From: Epiperipatus broadwayi
Taxonomy: Eukaryota > Animalia > Onychophora
Length of the DNA: 64,000 nucleotides
Assembly: GCA_028023455.1 (NCBI GenBank)
Contig: JAQFVV010000007.1
Span: 3,286,001-3,350,000, forward strand
Direction of reading: 5' to 3'
The position numbers and the translations under genes are program-made. The notes under the pieces are model-generated. The model did not search any database, was not told the DNA's origin, and worked only from the letters and a program-made list of their open reading frames with translations. Shown here piece after piece: positions 26,150 through 37,576 of the stretch. The number at the start of each line of letters is the position of its first letter. The stretch's first letter is position 1.

Positions 26150-28760
26150 ACCACTACTAGTATTAATACTCTATCATCCATTAACACATATCTCTTATTT
26201 ATAGACAGTTTTTTCTCTTCCATCCCATACCGTGCTATGCAGTATCTCAGGCTGACATGTAGGCCAGCCCTTGCTGATCCATTCTATTAACAAGATGTAA
26301 CTATGCTCAGCTTTTGTCCAACTTGCTAGCTTTTTGCTGTCTATTACTACTTTATTACAGTTGTTTATGTAGTTAATGATTGAATCCATTTCTTGTGGAG
26401 ATGATTTAATTGGGCATGCTTAATGACATGTCCCGTTTTAAAATTTAGCTCAAAATCGTGACCTGCTAATAAATTTAACCAATGTAACATTCTAGGGCTC
26501 AAGTGATTAGGTGTGGTCTTATTTTTAGCTAATATCCCTAATAGCGGCTTGTGATCAGTAAAGATCTTGAATGGCCACCCATATAACTATTGGTGAAATT
26601 TTTTCACTGCAAAGATAATAGCCAATGCCTCTTTATCCAATTGACTGTAGTTTTGCTCTGCTTTGGTTAATGTTCTCAAAATGAAGATTATTGGTTGCTC
26701 ACCCTCAGCTATGAATGACAAATCTGCTTAAATCCCGAAATCTGATGAATCAGTTGTTAGTATTAGTTCGAGACTACTCTCATAGTATACTAATAAACTA
26801 TCTGACATCAGCAATTCCTTTGTAGCACTAAATGCTTTTTCTTGGGTTTGATCCCAATGCCATTTTTAATCTTTTCTTAACAAATTATACAGTGGTCATG
26901 CTATATGCACTTTTTCCTTCAGAAAAGTTTCAAAATAAGTATAGGCTCAGAAAAGTCTGTAGTTCTCATACATTTCTGGATCTTGGGGTTTCTTTTATGG
27001 CCGCAATCTTTTGAGGATTGAACTTCTTTCCCATTCTCGATACGATATGCCCCAAGAACTTTATTTCGGTCGCCATTCAGATACATTTTCTGGGTTTATT
27101 CTAGCTCTGAAACTAGATAATTTAGCACAAACTTTAAAAAGTCGCTCGTGTATTTTCTTTTCTGAATTAGCGACTATTAAAATATCATCAAAATATGGTA
27201 ATACCCTCCATTTGTTGCAACAGCATGCCCATCTTGGCTTGGAAGATATTTTGTGCAACAATAATTTCAAAGGGCAGCCTATTGTAGTTAAACAATCCCA
27301 AGAGGATATTGATAGTTAACAATTCCGAGATGTGTTTAGGAACTGGAATCCGATGGAATGCAGATCTCAAATCAATTTTAGCAAAATAACTTGACATCTA
27401 CTGGATTCTGACTTTATGTAAGGTTTTTATTTACTATTGTACGGTAATCTCCACAAATGTGAATTTGTCTGTTTGGTTTAAATATCATTACAATCAACCT
27501 TCTTGTCCAGCATAGATACTCCCTTGCTAACTAAATCATTTAACTCTTGTTCCACTTTAGCTTGTAATGAAAAAAAAACTTTTCTAGGCCTGCAAATCAT
27601 GGGAGTTGCTCCATCTTGCAAGACTATATCGATTGGCTTAGTACTGAATTTGCTTTTCATATTACTAAATAAACTGGTGTATTTTATTTTTTATTTCGTC
27701 CTCGATAGCGGTCTTGTTTACCATATATATTTCTATTCCCAGTGTATCAAACCATTCCCTACCTATAATAGGGTTCAGACTGCCTTGACTATATATATAT
27801 ATATACAATGGCAGCCTATGGGCTCTTTTTTTAATTCCCACACTTACTTCTATCTTCCCTAATATTTTCATAATATTACCACTACCATCTTTTGCTCTTA
27901 AACTTGTTCACATAAACCTAGGGGGGGATTCACACAAATTTTCTGTTACCGTTTCCCAGTCTTTGACAGCCATTATTGATACGACGGATCTGCTGTCAAT
28001 TTCCAATTTCAAATTCATATTTAATAATTTCACTGATATCATATATTGGTTGCAATGAGCACCCTGGGTATTATCTCATATTTCTGCTCATTTCCCTTTC
28101 GAAAAGTGGGCAATACACTATGATCTTTTTCCCCGTTCAAACTACATGCTTTCAGTAGATGACCTACTTTGCCACAGACTCTACAACACTGTTAGTTAAC
28201 TCTACACTTACGTGCCATGTGGCCTTTTTTTGCACAGCAGTAGCAAACAATTTCCTTCTACTTACTCTTAGGAGACCGATATTTATTTTCAGTTTTTCTT
28301 ATAACCTCACTACCTTCATTCTTATTAATAAAATTTCGAAATTCCCTCGATTGGGCCACCACTATCTCATGGGCTACTCCTATTTTGATTGCTTCATCGT
28401 ATGACGTCTCCCGAGGCCAGTAACTGCTGTCTCAATTATCGTCACACATCCCCCAAAGTAATTGCTCCAATAGAGCATTTTCTAATGCATTGCCATAATT
28501 ACAACTCTTAGCTAGTTCTCTCAATGATTGATTGTAGTCTCATATGTTTTGTCTTTTATTTTGCCATCTATTTCTAAAATGTAGCCACACTATGTGCTTA
28601 AAGGGCTTTGGACTAAAATAATTATTTAGTTTTCCAAATACTATTTCATACAGCAATTTCTCTGGTTCTTCGTAAATACATAACCTATTTGGGATTTCTA
28701 TCACTTGCTGCCTGGCATAGCATAACAATGTGGCAACTTTAATGGGGTCGCTGACAATTC
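26150..28760 (-). mobile_element. Decayed Ty3/Gypsy LTR retrotransposon (gag-pol remnant, integrase core absent)
   Basis: Gag-like ORF 28540-28728. Two CCHC knuckles, CYCCAKKGHMARKC and CRVCGKVGHLLKAC (about 28150-28255). Protease end NPIIGREWFDTLGI. RT with FAKIDLRSAFHRIP and YFDDILIV. RNase H with TDSSDFG, NYSQLDKEALAIIFAV and FTDHKPL. Many stops and frameshifts. Confidence 0.9.
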
Positions 28761-29355
28761 CATTAATAAAAAAAAAAAGCTCAATCCTTTTGAGATAAAT
28801 TGGCGAATCAACAGGACTATTTATGCAAACCCATTTATTGTCACTTGGGGCACAGTCGTCATTTTAACTCTTAATCTGAATAACTAATAAGTAAAAAAAA
28901 TTTCCCCTGCAATTTCCAACAACACAATAAATTATATTATGATACAAAATTACAAGTTAAATTTCATTCTGTCAAGACTGCACCTGTTTTCTGCTATATA
29001 CAGCCACCATGAATACTACAATCACGGTAAAGATGGTCAGGCCAACAGCCGCAAGTTACTAAAAGTAAGGATTTACAAACTTGCTAAATATATTTACAAT
29101 TTATAAATATTACTTATGAAATGCCAATGAAGCATACACAAATTATAATAATGACGATGTGGCCTGTAGAGTCCCAAGGTCCACTTTGGTACCTTTAATG
29201 GTGGAGTTCACTGGGTTACTCCGTAGTCCTCATTACACTTGGTTACTTTATCTTTTCTAGCACAAGCAACTCCCATAATACGAGTGAGTGTAAAAAGACC
29301 ATGATTTTTCAAGTTTTTATATATTTCCTCATAATGTGGAATGGTCTAAAATATA

Positions 29356-31985
29356 ATCATCATCAACCATTATCAATCCACTGCATGAAGGAGGTGTTTC
29401 GAAGTTCAATCCATCTTCTTCGATCTTTAGCTTCTCTTCTCCGTATCACGCCTGCACACTTTCTTATTCCATTCATACATCTCACATGTGATCTCTTTCT
29501 GGGTCTTTTACAATCTTTTGGAATCCGGTTTAAGATTTCAGTTGTCCATCTATTATCATCTCTTCTACCAATATGTCCAGCCCAACTCCACTTCAGCTTT
29601 TAATTTTCTCATTGAGGTCAGTAAGACCTGTTTGTCCTCTTACCCATATATTGTATTTTCGATCTCTTCTTATTACTCCCAACATGCATCCCTCCATACT
29701 TCTTTGAGTGATCTGAAGTCTCTGTATTGCTCTTCTATTAAGTATCCAAGTCTCAGATATTTCTACTAAAAGCACTCCAACCAAGTTTAATTCTACGATT
29801 AATTTAATTCATTATACTTCCATCTGTATTAATAATCTGACCAAGTTATTTGTAGCTGTTAACTTCTTCTAACTCGTTATAATCAATCTTTATTTTCATA
29901 TTTTGAAAAAATCCATTAAACATTACTTTAGTCTTTTTTAACATTTATCTTTAGGCCTACTTTCCTCTGATAACCCCTGCAACATTTCCTGCAGCTCTAA
30001 AGCATTATTTGCAAAAACAACTACATCATCTGCAAAATCTAAATAATATAAATAGTCTCCATTTACTTTCACTCCTTTAGCTTCCCATTTTAATCGACAA
30101 AATACTTCTTGCAGCACTGCTGTAAAAAGTTTTGGAGATATGGAGTCACCTTGTCTTACACCCATCTCAATGTTGACTTTCCCAATACCATTATGTAATC
30201 TAATTAATGCTGTGGTATTTTTATAAATATTCTTTAAAATATGACAATATCCTGGATCTATACCTTGATGATCCAATGCTTTAATCACTGAAGAAATGTT
30301 TACAGAATCAAATCCATTTTCATAATCTACAAATCCAAAGCATAATGGCATCTCATATTCATTTGTCCTTTCTATAACTTCTCTTAATACCTGGATATGA
30401 TCTATTGTACTAAAACCACTTTTAAATCCAGCTTGCTCTCTTGATTGGTGGAAATCCAATGTTATTTGTAGAAGGGTTGTAATTATCTTGGTAAAAATTT
30501 TGTATAAAGCTTATAAAAGGCTGATAGGTCTGTAATTTCTAATATCTTCTGTATCACCTTTTTTAAATATTAATATTATTACTGCATTCTTCCAATCATC
30601 TGGTACATCTTTATCATTTAGACATTTGGTATATAACTTTACTAAAAAAATTTCTATTTCTTCACCTGCTTCTTTTAATATGTTATAATTCCATCATTAC
30701 CTGGAGCCTTTCCTTTCTTCATAAATTTAATTGCATGTCTCACTTCTTCATTTAAAATTCTAGGCAATTTAGAATATTTAATAGACATAGGAGGTACTTG
30801 TTCTTTATTATCAAGTAATTGTTGATAGAAGTCTTCTAGCCATTTCATGATGTCATCTCTCTTACTAATTCCATCTTTTTTCTTATTGCAGATATAAATT
30901 TTGAACCAATACCAAAATGTTGTTTTACACTTTTGAGACTTTTATTCTCTTCTACAGCTTTCCTTGCTAGTTCACAGTTATACTTTTTTATATCATTTTT
31001 AACTCTTTCCCGCACCATTTTACAAAATTCGAGATATTCAATCCTTTTTAATGCATCATTTTTGTATATCTTCATATTCCTTCTTTTCTTCATAAATTCT
31101 CTGATCTCAGTAGAAATTTTATTGGTCAATTGCTGCTTTCTTCTGCCAGCTATCTTTGTTGCAGTTTTTAAAAGTGTATCATTTATTTTCATATTAATTT
31201 CATTCAAATCTGAATCATGTTCAAAATCTACTAAGATTTGGAACCAATTTCTAAGTTCTAATTTAAATTCATTAGAATGTTTCTAAAGATTAGGAATATC
31301 AACTGTAAATATTGTTTTTCTTAATAATTTTTGTCTCTCTAGTTTCCTGTGTTAAATTTATTAAGAACATTACAATCTTGAAATATGTATTTTCTGTTAG
31401 TCAAAATATAATCCAATTCTGCTGTATCTTCATTTGGATGCTTCCATGTCCATTTCCTTTTACCATCTTTCTCAAAAAAAGAATTCATAATATAAAGTTT
31501 TTCTTTTTCTGCAAACTCCACAAGTCTATGTCTTCTTTCATTTCTATTACCATAACCAAAATTACCTACAGCACTTTCATCTTTCATTTGTTTACCAATT
31601 CTAGCATTAAAGTCTCCCATAACAATTTTAAAATGTTGTTTACTCTGATCAAAAGCCTTTTGTACATCCATATAAAAATCTACTATTTCATCACTATGAG
31701 AACTTGTTGTGGCATAAACCTGAATTATCTGAATTTGGTATCTGCTATTAAGTTGTATAACTAATCTTGGCACTCAGTCCGATATTATCAATCTCCACAA
31801 TGTTGTTCTTCCACTTTTTATTTATAATGAATCCTACTCCACTTGTATTTCCAATATTTGTACCTTTAGTACATGTCCACTTTTTAAATCAATTGTCTCT
31901 TCACCTTTTCTTCTAACATCACAAAGTCCAATAATGTCCCATTTAATATAAGACAGTTCTTCTTCTAATTCTTGCAATCTTCCTT
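29356..31985 (-). mobile_element. RTE-clade LINE, 5'-truncated, with internal deletions
   Basis: (CAT)n tail on the plus strand at 29356. RT ORF pieces EQAGFKSGFSTIDHI, GVRQGDSISPKLF and LDFADD. APE pieces IIQVYATTS, VMGDFNA and ELDYIL. Confidence 0.95.
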
Positions 31986-32024
31986 ATTGTTCTTTATCTT
32001 TTCGTTAATCATTTTCCAATCCGG

Positions 32025-32645
32025 TACGCTTATCATTTATTTTATCTCTAATTACGCTATTTCTCGAGTTCTAAATATGCTCATATAAATACGGTAATGC
32101 TTATCATTTATTTTCTCTCTAATTACACTGTTTCTTTGAGTTCTAAATATGCACATATAAATCCAGTAATGCTTATCATTTATTTTATTTCTAATTACAC
32201 TATTTCTTTGAGTTCTAAATCATCATCATCGTCATCATCATCAACCATTATCAATATACTGCAGGAAAAAGGTCTCTCCAAGTTTAATCCATCTTCTCCG
32301 ATCTTTAGCTTCTCTTCTCCACACTTCTTATTTCATCCATCCATCTCATGTGTGGTCTCTTTCTGGGTCTTTTACAATCTCTTGAAATCCAGTTTAAGAT
32401 TTCAATTGTCCATCTATTATCTTCTCTTCTAGCAATATGTCCAGCCCAACTCCACTTCAGGCTTTTAATTTTTTCAATGAGGTCAGTAACACCTGTTTGT
32501 TCTCTTACCTATATATTGCGTTTTCGATTTCTTCTTGTTACTCGCAACATGAATCTCTCCATACTTCTTTAAGTGGTTTGAGTTCCAAATATGCACATAT
32601 AAATCTGGTAATGCTTATCATTTATTTCATCTATAATTACTCTAT
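32025..32645. repeat. About 71-bp tandem repeat interrupted by an RTE 3' fragment
   Basis: TTATCATTTATTTT...GAGTTCTAAATATGCACATATAAAT units start at 32030, 32101, 32173 and, after the insertion, 32614. Confidence 0.8.
32221..32577 (-). mobile_element. RTE 3' fragment with 13-bp TSD
   Basis: (CAT)n tail at 32221. Flanked by TTGAGTTCTAAAT (32208-32220) and TTGAGTTCCAAAT (32578-32590). Confidence 0.85.
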
Positions 32646-32755
32646 TTAACCAAGGCAAAACTCTCTATACAGTAGTGCCACCCTGTGAGATGGTGATTAT
32701 GTAATTACCCTATTTCTTTGAGTTATAAGTATGTACATATAAAGCATATAGAATG

Positions 32756-33011
32756 TCCCTCCCTTATCATTTCAGGTGGTCACACTTCTGAAGTTCCAAA
32801 TAATAAACCAATCAAATTGAACATCACAAAATGTTGGTCTGTAGAAATTATCTTTTTTTTTAATCTTTGTAAATTTTAATTGTAAAATTATAATTAAAAA
32901 CTTACCTTCTTTTTTCTAAATAAGATTTTTGATTATAAACACTTAAAAGTAAAATATGATAAAGACAGTTTATTTTTAATGATAAACTGAAATAAATTAG
33001 ATATGAAAATA
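32756..33011. repeat. About 250-bp direct repeat, copy B
   Basis: Homologous to 25900-26147. Confidence 0.85.
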
Positions 33012-33166
33012 AGACAACAATGAGAGTTTCAAAATCAATTTAGATAAAATTCGAACTTGTATTAAGAATTTTAAAAAATTATAAATTTATATTAATTTAA
33101 TTCTTTTATCATAAAGGTAGACATAAATTTAATAAATTTAAATTTTAAAACTTTTGATCATCTTAC

Positions 33167-33223
33167 TTCTTGCAGTTTCCTATCCTGAGGCTTGATGATA
33201 TCGAGAATTCCACTTTGTCGAAC
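33167..33223 (-). CDS. Exn: Ephexin-family RhoGEF 57-bp coding exon
   Basis: Acceptor ttttttttttag and donor GTAAGA. Phase 0/0: VRQSGILDIIKPQDRKLQE, bridging LWCELPE and AMFEVITSE as in ephexin proteins. Confidence 0.93.
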
Positions 33224-36200
33224 CTAAAAAAAAAATCCAAAAAAATATTATTCACCCATGTATTTTAAGAAGCCTTTCATTGAAGGGTAAAAAAAAAAAA
33301 AACACCTTAATAATATTTCTCCAAAGAATCAACAAGCTAGTGAGAGTTTCTTATTAGATAAGAATAACTAGATAACTATTCCACCATTGTATGGCTAGCA
33401 GGATTAGCTACAGAAAGACCAACTAAAAAAAAAATTCTAAATTGATTTAGAAATCACTATCTATTTACAAAATTTTTCAAATTACATGATATTTGAATTC
33501 CTTGATTGGCATAAAAAAATACAGTGGATTTACAACATTTGCTATATTTTGTTCCCTCTCATATATTCTGCATATCATGTATAATAACTCATATTTTGTT
33601 GATAAGCTTTGATTACAGTAGAATACATGTTTATTGAACAGCAAGATTACAATATTTTTCAACATTCACATATATATATTGCAATAGTATAAAAACAATT
33701 ATTTGCTATTCAAACCTCATGTTTAAATATACCAAATGTAATAGTATTAAAATGAATGAAACATGTAAAATGTTTATCTAATATACTGGCTGGCTAATAT
33801 AATAATATATAAATAAATAAAATATATAGAAACTCTCAAGATTTAGATTAATATGGAATGTAATAATTAATTATTAATGATCGCAGAAAAAAATAATTTC
33901 ATTTAATAAAAATGAAAATTTATTAATATAAACAATAATAACCAATATATATATAAAATTAAAAAACAAAATATTCCTTGTAAAATAGTTTACACTTGAA
34001 TTGATTACCATTTATCTATTACCTATATTATACATGTATCTAACATGTGTTGTGAACAATACACTAAGAAAACAACAACAACAAAAGATTATTTCAGCAC
34101 AAATATTGCTAAATAAATACATAAAAATATATTTTGCAAAATTTAATTACTATGTTTAATTTGCTTATTATTTTTCTTATTATAATAAGCATAAGCTTAT
34201 TAATTTACATTCATAAAAATATTATAAATGTTTATTAAATATGCACTTCCATTAATATTACTCATATATATATATATATGTAAACCTATTTTCTTTTCAA
34301 ATATAATTGAAGACAACAAATAAATATATTTTTATTTAAACAAACTAAAATTATCATTAAGAAATATAGTTTTTGTTTATTACTTGCTTTAACCTCTTCT
34401 TTTTAGTAATGATATATTTTCTTGTGTATAAAGAATTTATTTTTAAAAAATAATATTAAAAAAAATATTACTTGGTAAATTTTTCTTTTATACTCACAAG
34501 GAATGCCCATCAAATTGTTACTCCATAAAAAAACAATATTCATTGTGTATACCAAAAATTTTCTGATTCACATACATTTTATATAAACACAAAAAATAAT
34601 AATTTATAGTCCAAACTCTTTTAGATAATCTGCTGAAAATCCCATTACATGTTTTGTTGGGTAGATAGATGTTATATTTAATCCTGATTTATTCCAACTT
34701 ATTAACATACCATAAAATTATTCATTTTGACATTTTTTTTATGAAATATTCCCTAATTAACATTTTACAGCATTTAATATTGCTTTATTTATGTAATTGC
34801 AATGACAGTTGTCAATTTCTTCAAAATATCCTGACAAATTACACTGTAGCACTTAATACTGATATTTACCACTATGAAATGATTTATTTTTATCTGATAT
34901 TATTTAGATTCTCAAAAGAGATGACACCTTTCAAGCAGATGTTTTATAAACTTAGCCCATAATATTTATTTCAAACTTTAAATAAAATTGATATATTTAC
35001 ACACAAATTTGGATAGTTTAGCTGCTGAGACAAAAAATATGAGACCGTGTTTAATCTAACATCAGAAGCTTAAATAGTTTTCTCCTGAAAATGTCATATT
35101 TATATCATTATCCTAGAAATTGTTTCTATGGCATCTTATTTTGGCAAATTTATTTTAACGTGTTTCTAAGACTCAAATTTATTTATATATTCACTCAATA
35201 AAAGTTCTTTTCTACAAATCACATTAAAATATATTTTTAAAATTTTAATAACAATAAATATTACAATGTTTTAAAAATGAAAAAATATAATTCTACAAAA
35301 TCAATTTGATGTACAAAATAAATCTAAAATTATATTTACATAAAACAGACATTCTTTCTAATTTATCTATTTTAAGTACTATAATTTAAATACTGATTTT
35401 AAATAAACCAATTGTTTTAAAATAATATATTGAATACCTAAAATTTAATGCTTTTGAATTATCCCAATAATATATAACATATATACATGCACACACATAC
35501 TTTAACAATAATTTAATATCATATTTGTTTATGTTTAAATCTTACTTTTGAAATATATATAGTACGTTAAATGTCAACAAATAAATTTATTAAAATTTAT
35601 TTTATTTTATAATTGCTATCTATTTAAAACTATTTATATACTTTTATTAATATATTCCTAATACAATATATACATTATTAATTTTATTACATCATACTAA
35701 GAATAATAAAAAATATTAATCTTAAAATTATGTCGCATAATACAATAAAAAATATTTTTTTGATACATCACTTGTTTAAAAAAAAAAACATGTATGGCCA
35801 TTTTACATTACAATGTATTATTTAAAACCATTTAATAACAAGATAAACTATTTTAATTATTTTTAAATTAATTTAATAATCTTAGAATTAAAATAAATGA
35901 AATAAACCAACAAAATTTTTTATGTAGATATCACCAAGTGTAAATTCAAGTTACAATGCTACAATATTTAACACAGATGTTTTTTATGTGTATAGTAAGC
36001 ATGCATAAATAAAGTGAAAAACAATAATAAAGTAGATATTAATAATAATTTGAACTTCTTTACATTTATATTTACTGTGTGAGCTCATTCAACAATGTAT
36101 CAGATTTTCATAAACAATTTAACATGCTTGGGATAATGTCTTTTTTCTTCAATAACCTTTTTCCCATTATGGAAATATTAATAGTAGCCTCTTTATGAAC

Positions 36201-37077
36201 AGATAATATTTTTTTTGGATATTTTGATGTTTTTAAGTCTGAAATGGTATAAGAATTTATAGTCACCCTAAATTTCAATTATACATTTAAGGATTCTCAA
36301 TTAAACTTTTCAAACTTTAAACTATCTGATGGAATACAAGAATATTTTACTGTTATTATTTTTTACCGCCATTAAATCAACAATTGTGATTTTATCAGTT
36401 AAGAAAGATATTTTACAAATTTTATTAAATTTCATGAAATTTTTAGCTTTACACTTAGAAAACATTTAATTATGCAATTACTATATTACATCAAAGAAAA
36501 GAGTGAAAGCTATGTGTTTTCATCTTAACCTGAAGAAATATTAAACCATTAAGATCACATGATCACATTTCCTATACTAGTACATTAATTGTTGATAAAC
36601 AGAGCAAAACTCTCCATACAGTATTGCCACCTGTGGAAACAGAGTAATCAATGGATGCCAGAAGGCTTGTGCATAAAATCCCTACCCAATGCCTACTCAT
36701 CCAATATCCCCAGACTAGTTTCTGGCTTGTGGCCTTATTGATTACTCTATTTAGCACAGGTGGCAATACTGTATGGAGAGTTTTGCTCTGTTTATCAACA
36801 ATTAATGTGCTAGTATAGGAAATGTGAAGCTTAATGGTTTAACACGAATCCTGCCTAATAGGATAGTGGTGGTTATGGTTGTAAAAGAGCCAAAGACACC
36901 CAAATGTATGGGTGCTGAACTGAGTTCAGACCCATATGACTATATAAGCTATTGAGCTTAGATTGAAAATATTTTTTGTGTTTTCAATAGTTTTGTAGTT
37001 AAGTAGAGATAAAAGGTGGTTGCTAGAGGGTTGCATTAGATCCTAAGATCTAGATGCAGTGCTCTCAGATCCAAAGC

Positions 37078-37119
37078 TCCTCACTGACGAAGGCCACAAG
37101 CCAGAAACTAGTCTGGGGA
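37078..37119 (+). ncRNA. Type I hammerhead ribozyme (family 1, copy 1)
   Basis: Stem I TCCTCA/TGGGGA; core CTGACGA; stem II GGC-CACAA-GCC flanked by an A and an A; GAAA; palindromic stem III ACTAGT. GUC cleavage predicted after 37113. Confidence 0.85.
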
Positions 37120-37534
37120 TATTGTATGAGTAGGCATTGGATAGGGATTTTATGCACAAGCCTTCTGGCATCCATTGATTACTCTGTTTAGCACAGGTGG
37201 CAATATTGTATGGAGAGTTTTGCTCTGTTTACCAACAATTAATGTGCTAGTATAGGAAATGTGACCATGTGATGCTTAATGGTTTAACACCAATCCTGCC
37301 TAATAGGATAGTGGTGTCTATGGTTGTAAAAGAGCCAAAGACACCCAAATGTATGGGTGCTGAACTGAGTTCAGACCCATATGACTATATAAGCTATTGA
37401 GCTTAGATTGAAAATATTTTTTTGTGTTTTCAATTTCATTCTCATAGTTTTGTAATTAAGTAGAGATAAAAGGTGGTTGCTAGAGGGTTGCATTAGATCC
37501 TAAGATCTAGATGCAGTGCTCTCAGACCCAAAGC

Positions 37535-37576
37535 TCCTCACTGATGAAGGCCGCAAGTCAGAAACTAGTCTGGGGA
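37535..37576 (+). ncRNA. Type I hammerhead ribozyme (family 1, copy 2)
   Basis: TCCTCA-CTGATGA-A GGC CGCAA GTC A-GAAA-CTAGTC-TGGGGA. Cleavage predicted after 37570. Confidence 0.85.

Noticed and set aside
28730-29340. Possible Gypsy PBS or 5' LTR
   Set aside because: TGTCAGCGAC only loosely resembles a PBS, and no second copy of this region exists in the window.
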